This document shows positions 27,281-32,000 of a DNA stretch of 32,000 bases, one piece after another; position 1 is the first letter of the stretch; the number at the start of each line of letters is the position of its first letter. The notes under the pieces were generated by a model. That model saw only the letters and a list, made by a program, of their open reading frames with translations. It made no database searches and had not been told where the DNA came from. The DNA is taken from positions 60,001 to 92,000 of the forward strand of contig NC_007614.1 in the NCBI RefSeq assembly GCF_000196355.1. The letters run 5' to 3'. Source of the stretch: Nitrosospira multiformis ATCC 25196 (lineage in GTDB: Bacteria; Pseudomonadota; Gammaproteobacteria; Burkholderiales; Nitrosomonadaceae). Position numbers and translations under genes: made by a program.

Positions 27281-28747
27281 TTAAAACGATTTCCGAAGAT
27301 TGACGGAAGGAATTTGCAAGGACTCCCGATATTTTGCTACGGTACGGCGAGCAACCATGATACCCTGCTGCCCCAGGACCTCCGAGATCTGACTGTCGCT
27401 GAGCGGCTTCCTCGAGTTTTCCTCACTGATCATTTGCTTGATCAGCGCGCGAATGGCAGTGGCGGAGCAAGCGCCACCACTATCCGTTGATACGTGGCTC
27501 CCAAAAAAATACTTCAATTCGAAAATGCCGCGCGGCGTGCGCATGAATTTCTGCGTGGTAACCCGCGAAATGGTGGACTCGTGCAGATTCAGCACGTCGG
27601 CGATTTCCCGCAGTATCATCGGACGCATCGCAACTGCTCCATGCTCGAAAAACTGCTGCTGGCGTTCCACAATGGCTGCCGATGCCTTGAGGATGGTGTT
27701 GAAACGCTGTTGTACGTTCTTTACCAGCCATTTTGCTTCCTGCAATTGGCTGATCAGCCGACGGGTAGAGTCGTCATTGCATCCTTTCAGGATCTCCGCA
27801 TAGAGCCGGTTGATCCTGAGACGCGGCATGGCTTCCGGATTAAGGCTGGCTACCCAGGAACCGCCGACTTTGGTCACGATGACGTCGGGCACGATGTAGC
27901 AGGCGACTGTGGAGCTGAAGGCCGTGGCCGGTCTCGGATTCAGTCGCGTTATCATCTGCTGGACAGAGCGAAGACAGTCGTCGTTGCAGTGCAGCACCCG
28001 CTTGATGGCGCCAAAGTCCCGGGATGCCAGACTTTCAAGATGGTTGTTCACCAGCGCCAATGCCTGCTCCAGATAGGGCGTATCGGGTGGGAGCGCCTGC
28101 AGTTGCATGACGAGGCATTCTCTCAAGTTGCGCGCACCGATGCCGGGGGGATCCAAGTGCTGCAAATGTTCGAGGGCAATGTGCAGGTCGTCGATATCTA
28201 TTGACAGCTCGGCGGGCAACAGATCGACCAATTCTTCCAGGTCCTGGACAAGATAGCCATCATCATCCAGGCTGTCGATCAGTAATCCGGTGATCTTTCT
28301 ATCCCGCTGGGAGATCTGGCTCAGGCTGAGTTGCGAGTTGAGGTGGGCACGGAGATTCGGAGGTTCCACCGCTTGCTGTGGAATATCACGTTCGTCCTCA
28401 TCGTCCCGGTAGGGCCGAAAAACGCTGTCATCCGGCGGCCACTCCCGCTCGTCAAGCGGTTGCTTCACATCGGTTTCTGCTTCGACGGAGAGAATAGGGA
28501 GGCTTTCCTCGGCAACCTCCAGCTCGTTTGGCAACGGTGCGGCCAACTCCTCCGGTATGAGGCTATGATAATCGGTACTGTCGTTGCCGAGGCTGTCATC
28601 AAGTTCCAGAAGGGGATTCTCCTGTACGATGCGCTCTATTTCCTGGTTCAACTCTATCGTGGAGAGTTGCAATAACCGGATGGACTGCTGCAATTGCGGC
28701 GTAAGCGCCAGATGTTGCGACAGCTTGACTTGAAGAGTTGGTTTCAT
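27281..28747 (-). CDS. rpoN: RNA polymerase sigma-54 factor
   Basis: LKPTLQVKLSQHLALTPQLQQSIRLLQLST; RpoN box ARRTVAKYRESLQIP. Confidence 0.97.
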   Translation of the reverse strand: MKPTLQVKLSQHLALTPQLQQSIRLLQLSTIELNQEIERIVQENPLLELDDSLGNDSTDYHSLIPEELAAPLPNELEVAEESLPILSVEAETDVKQPLDEREWPPDDSVFRPYRDDEDERDIPQQAVEPPNLRAHLNSQLSLSQISQRDRKITGLLIDSLDDDGYLVQDLEELVDLLPAELSIDIDDLHIALEHLQHLDPPGIGARNLRECLVMQLQALPPDTPYLEQALALVNNHLESLASRDFGAIKRVLHCNDDCLRSVQQMITRLNPRPATAFSSTVACYIVPDVIVTKVGGSWVASLNPEAMPRLRINRLYAEILKGCNDDSTRRLISQLQEAKWLVKNVQQRFNTILKASAAIVERQQQFFEHGAVAMRPMILREIADVLNLHESTISRVTTQKFMRTPRGIFELKYFFGSHVSTDSGGACSATAIRALIKQMISEENSRKPLSDSQISEVLGQQGIMVARRTVAKYRESLQIPSVNLRKSF

Positions 28748-28797
28748 ATTGGAAAAACAACGATAAAGCCGATTTCAGGTAAGGCGAAGCTTTATTT

Positions 28798-29604
28798 TCA
28801 AAGGCGGAAATGTTCTCCCAGATAGACTTTTCTCACGTTTTCATTATAAATGATTTCGTCTGGACTGCCGCTCGCCAGCACCCTGCCGTCGCTTATGATA
28901 AAGGCATGGTCACAGATTCCTAATGTTTCCCGTACATTATGGTCGGTGATCAGCACACCGATGCCCCGCTCCTTCAGAAAGCGGATAATTTTCTGGATGT
29001 CCAGCACGGCAATGGGATCCACTCCGGCAAACGGCTCGTCCAGCAAGATGAAATGGGGTCCTGTCGCCAGCGCACGGGCAATTTCGACGCGCCGACGTTC
29101 CCCGCCCGATAAACTGATGGCCGGACTGTTGCGTATATGACTGATATGCAGATCATGCAGTAAATTGTCGAGATGCTGCTGCATCTCGTCAGCCCCATGG
29201 TTTTTCAATTCCAGTACAGCGCGAATATTGTCGGCTACCGAGAGTCGCCTGAAAATCGAAGCTTCCTGTGGCAGATAACTCAAACCAAGGCGCGCGCGCT
29301 CATGCATGGGCATCTGGCTGAGGTCAAGCTCATCGAGGACGATGCTGCCCCCATCCAGCGGGACAAGGCCCACCATCATGTAAAAACAGGTGGTCTTGCC
29401 TGCGCCATTGGGACCCAGCAAGCCGACAACCTCTCCGCTTTTAACCGAAAGAGAAACATCATGCACCACCGTGCGCGACTTGTAGCTTTTTTTCAGATTT
29501 TCCGCCCTGAATTCACTTCTCTTTCCTGAGGAAACCAGGGGAGCTTCGGGGGCTTGGGAAGCATGATCGGCATGGCCGCGGGCTGAAGAGAGGGGAAGTT
29601 CCAT
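28798..29604 (-). CDS. lptB: LPS export ABC transporter ATPase LptB; start probably internal ([12 protein letters not shown] region)
   Basis: [51 protein letters not shown]. Confidence 0.95.
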   Translation of the reverse strand: MELPLSSARGHADHASQAPEAPLVSSGKRSEFRAENLKKSYKSRTVVHDVSLSVKSGEVVGLLGPNGAGKTTCFYMMVGLVPLDGGSIVLDELDLSQMPMHERARLGLSYLPQEASIFRRLSVADNIRAVLELKNHGADEMQQHLDNLLHDLHISHIRNSPAISLSGGERRRVEIARALATGPHFILLDEPFAGVDPIAVLDIQKIIRFLKERGIGVLITDHNVRETLGICDHAFIISDGRVLASGSPDEIIYNENVRKVYLGEHFRL

Positions 29605-29616
29605 AATGATGTTCGT

Positions 29617-30189
29617 TTATGAATTGTCTGCCTCGGGTTTGGGCTCCTTCTTTTTGGGCTGTATCACCGCTCGCACCCTGCCCTCCGAATGGGTTTGGGT
29701 GCTCGTTCCACCCTCGCCATTTACCTGGAAGAATTCGTTGACTGCGTCATAGGAAATATAATCCCCATGAACTTCATCCTTTCCGCGCCTCAACCTTGCT
29801 TTCTTGAAAAGCTGAACCTTGTCGGCCTTGCCATCGTATTCCATACGCTCGCTCCAGCCCTCCACGTATTCATCCTTGCCATCGCGCTTCTGGCGAAAAC
29901 TGGCAAGATTGCCGAATGCAGTGGCATATTGAAAACCGTTGGCGTCTTCCTTCACTGTCATCTTATCCGCGCGAATAATCAGTGTTCCCTGTGTCAGTAC
30001 GACATTGCCGATAAAGGTAGCCAGCTTGTTGGCATCCTGCACGGTGGCACGGTCGGCCTCCAGATGCACAGGCTTCTCGCTGTCGGCCCGCTCGGCCCGA
30101 ACCGGTGCGCTGAAGAGCATTACAGCGAGAAAAGCGACAGATAGGGGTTTCATGGGAGCAGTAAAAGAGAACCTAGCGTTTCTTGTCAT
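29617..30189 (-). CDS. lptA: LPS transport periplasmic protein LptA
   Basis: EKPVHLEADRATVQDANKLATFIGNVVLTQGTLIIRADKMTV; between lptB and lptC. Confidence 0.93.
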   Translation of the reverse strand: MTRNARFSFTAPMKPLSVAFLAVMLFSAPVRAERADSEKPVHLEADRATVQDANKLATFIGNVVLTQGTLIIRADKMTVKEDANGFQYATAFGNLASFRQKRDGKDEYVEGWSERMEYDGKADKVQLFKKARLRRGKDEVHGDYISYDAVNEFFQVNGEGGTSTQTHSEGRVRAVIQPKKKEPKPEADNS

Positions 30190-30745
30190 GCACGACCTTT
30201 ACCTGCGACAACAATTCCGTGTGGCCCGTACGATTGTTCATTTCCATTCCAATCGCTCTGATAGTGGCGTTTGTTTCAGTTATCTCCACGGGCTTGTCCG
30301 TTCGCGCAATGTCCTGGTCCGGAATGAGATGCAGCAGACTGGTTGTCAAGATTGTTTCACCGCGGCCTTTACCCGCGTTTCGGACGATCACCACATTGCC
30401 ACTCAAATAAATGTCTTCGCCCTCGGCAGACATCTTCGCATTATCCGCCTGCAGTTGTACTGAAGGTTTACCGGGTTCGATAGTAATTAAGCGGGGTTGT
30501 TCCAGCTCAGCCGAATCATCGTCGGGATAATGCACCATTTTTTTTCCGAGAAGCATTTTGTATCCCGCGTCGTTCTCATCCGTGCGAATGGCAGAAAAAT
30601 CTTCCACAACATAGTCAGGCGCCCGTACCGATATGCTCTCCGGCGCAAGCAAAGGTGTGGGCCCGTCCTGATTCAGCAGGGTTAGCAATGATGCAAACAG
30701 GGCTACTATAACGAAAAGGAATCCGAAGCGAAGGTGACCCATCAT
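30173..30745 (-). CDS. lptC: LPS export protein LptC
   Basis: N-terminal TM, PDYVVEDFSAIRTDENDAGYKMLLGKKMVHYPDDDSAEL; overlaps lptA start. Confidence 0.9.
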   Translation of the reverse strand: MMGHLRFGFLFVIVALFASLLTLLNQDGPTPLLAPESISVRAPDYVVEDFSAIRTDENDAGYKMLLGKKMVHYPDDDSAELEQPRLITIEPGKPSVQLQADNAKMSAEGEDIYLSGNVVIVRNAGKGRGETILTTSLLHLIPDQDIARTDKPVEITETNATIRAIGMEMNNRTGHTELLSQVKVVHDKKR

Positions 30746-31266
30746 GTGAGATAAGTCGCAAGATGCGCGTCCAGCGTGTCCTGCGCCTGCATTATCATTT
30801 CGCAGATCTCGCGCGCCGCCCCTCGCCCTCCTTCCAGACGGGTGATATAGTGCGCGTGCTTTTTCACGAGGGCAGGGGCGGCAGGTACAGAGATGGCAAG
30901 ACCGCAGCGCAGCAGGATCGGCAGATCGATCAGATCATCTCCCACGTATGCACAGGCGGAGGCATCCAGGTGCTGGTCCTCAAGCAAGGCCTCGAATGCG
31001 GGAAGCTTGTTTTTTGCGCCTTGATAGACGAGGGTAACGCCCCAGTCCTTTGCCTTCAAATCCACACAGCGGGACTGACGGCCAGTGATAAGCGCCACCT
31101 TGACTCCCGTGGCCTTGAGCATTTTCAGGCCATGGCCATCCTGGCTGTTGAACGCTTTGATTTCCTCACCTCCGTCCGTGAGATAGAGGCTCCCGTCCGT
31201 GAGCACGCCATCCACATCGAAGATAACCATCGTGATCTTTCTTGCCTTTTCGTATATGTGTTGCAT
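30742..31266 (-). CDS. kdsC: 3-deoxy-D-manno-octulosonate 8-phosphate phosphatase
   Basis: VIFDVDGVLTDGSLY, FNSQDGHGLKML, ALITGRQS, ACAYVGDDLIDLPIL. Confidence 0.95.
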   Translation of the reverse strand: MQHIYEKARKITMVIFDVDGVLTDGSLYLTDGGEEIKAFNSQDGHGLKMLKATGVKVALITGRQSRCVDLKAKDWGVTLVYQGAKNKLPAFEALLEDQHLDASACAYVGDDLIDLPILLRCGLAISVPAAPALVKKHAHYITRLEGGRGAAREICEMIMQAQDTLDAHLATYLT

Positions 31267-31487
31267 TTTGCTATGGGTTGAAACAGTCGGATCGAATGAA
31301 CTTGTAAAAACTCTGGAGCACCCTGCATGCGTATGAATGCCGAAACTCGGTGAGAAGTAGGAGATGAATACCGCAGCTACCCGCTGTGTCGTTGTGAGGT
31401 TGCCGCGTCAGCCCGAGCGGGCACTGATGGACGGAAGCAAGGTGTTTCCGATCTAAGGAAGTAAAACTATCCGATGAAAAGCCGTGA

Positions 31488-32000
31488 TCAGTTTCTTGGC
31501 AATGGGAACACCACTGACTCTACCACTCCTCTCAGCTCTTCCACCACCACTTCCCTTTCCGCTTGCTCTGACACGATTTGTCTGAGTCGCGAGATGACTT
31601 CCTGTACAAGCACTTCCGGCGCCGATGCCCCCGCGGTAATACCGATCCGCATTTTGCCTTTCAGCCAGGCTTCCTGCAATTGTTCCGCCCGGTCCAGCAT
31701 GTACGCGTCCACGCCGGCATTTCTCGCGACTTCACACAGACGGTTGGAGTTGGAGCTATTGGGCGAGCCCACCACAATCACGAGATCGCACTGCTTGACC
31801 ATCGTTTTTACCGCATCCTGCCGGTTCTGGGTGGCGTAACAGATATCATCCTTTTTGGGACCGAGGATATTGGGGAAACGGCCTTTCAGGGCCTGGATCA
31901 CCCGATTGGCATCATCCACGGACAAGGTGGTCTGGGTCACGTAAGCCAGGTGAGCCGGATCCTGCACCTGCAGTTTCTCGACATCCTCTTCTGTTTCCAC
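31488..32000 (-). CDS. ispH: 4-hydroxy-3-methylbut-2-enyl diphosphate reductase (5' end outside window)
   Basis: [56 protein letters not shown]. Confidence 0.94.
   Translation of the reverse strand: METEEDVEKLQVQDPAHLAYVTQTTLSVDDANRVIQALKGRFPNILGPKKDDICYATQNRQDAVKTMVKQCDLVIVVGSPNSSNSNRLCEVARNAGVDAYMLDRAEQLQEAWLKGKMRIGITAGASAPEVLVQEVISRLRQIVSEQAEREVVVEELRGVVESVVFPLPRN

Overview
The window looks like a betaproteobacterial chromosome segment, possibly Nitrosospira-like; that assignment is inference from gene content and protein flavour only. Host genes: trxC; yicC, rph, rdgB, hemW, trmB, thiG, thiS; an HPP-family membrane protein, a four-helix Cys-rich (copper-binding-like) protein and two K+-channel-like genes; tRNA-Gly(CCC); asmA-like, mutY, 5-FCL; ubiX, rapZ, hprK, hpf, rpoN, lptB, lptA, lptC, kdsC, ispH. 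Between trxC and yicC there is a ~10 kb integrated element with genes all on the minus strand. It carries a P4-type tyrosine integrase, an AlpA-like regulator, small ORFs, a CHC2-type zinc-finger protein, a DUF3987/AAA-like replication protein, a 291-aa unknown, an orphan S49/SppA-type phage protease and a 201-aa coiled-coil ORF. No portal, terminase, capsid or tail gene is visible. This composition suggests a phage satellite or similar small replicating island. The strongest non-coding signals are: (i) a symmetric array of ten GTGAA-type iterons, five per strand, flanking an AT-rich core at the 3' end of the replication gene, which is a candidate replication origin; (ii) paired GGGTACA motifs with 12-bp period in opposite orientation at the two element ends, candidate integrase arm sites; (iii) a 16-bp inverted repeat directly upstream of the AlpA-like start codon that includes its Shine-Dalgarno; (iv) an IS2-group IS3 element with a 5-bp ATGAG duplication that exactly interrupts a small membrane-protein gene, which can be reconstructed in frame (127 aa). 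No CRISPR array was seen. All protein calls are by eye from motifs, with no database search.
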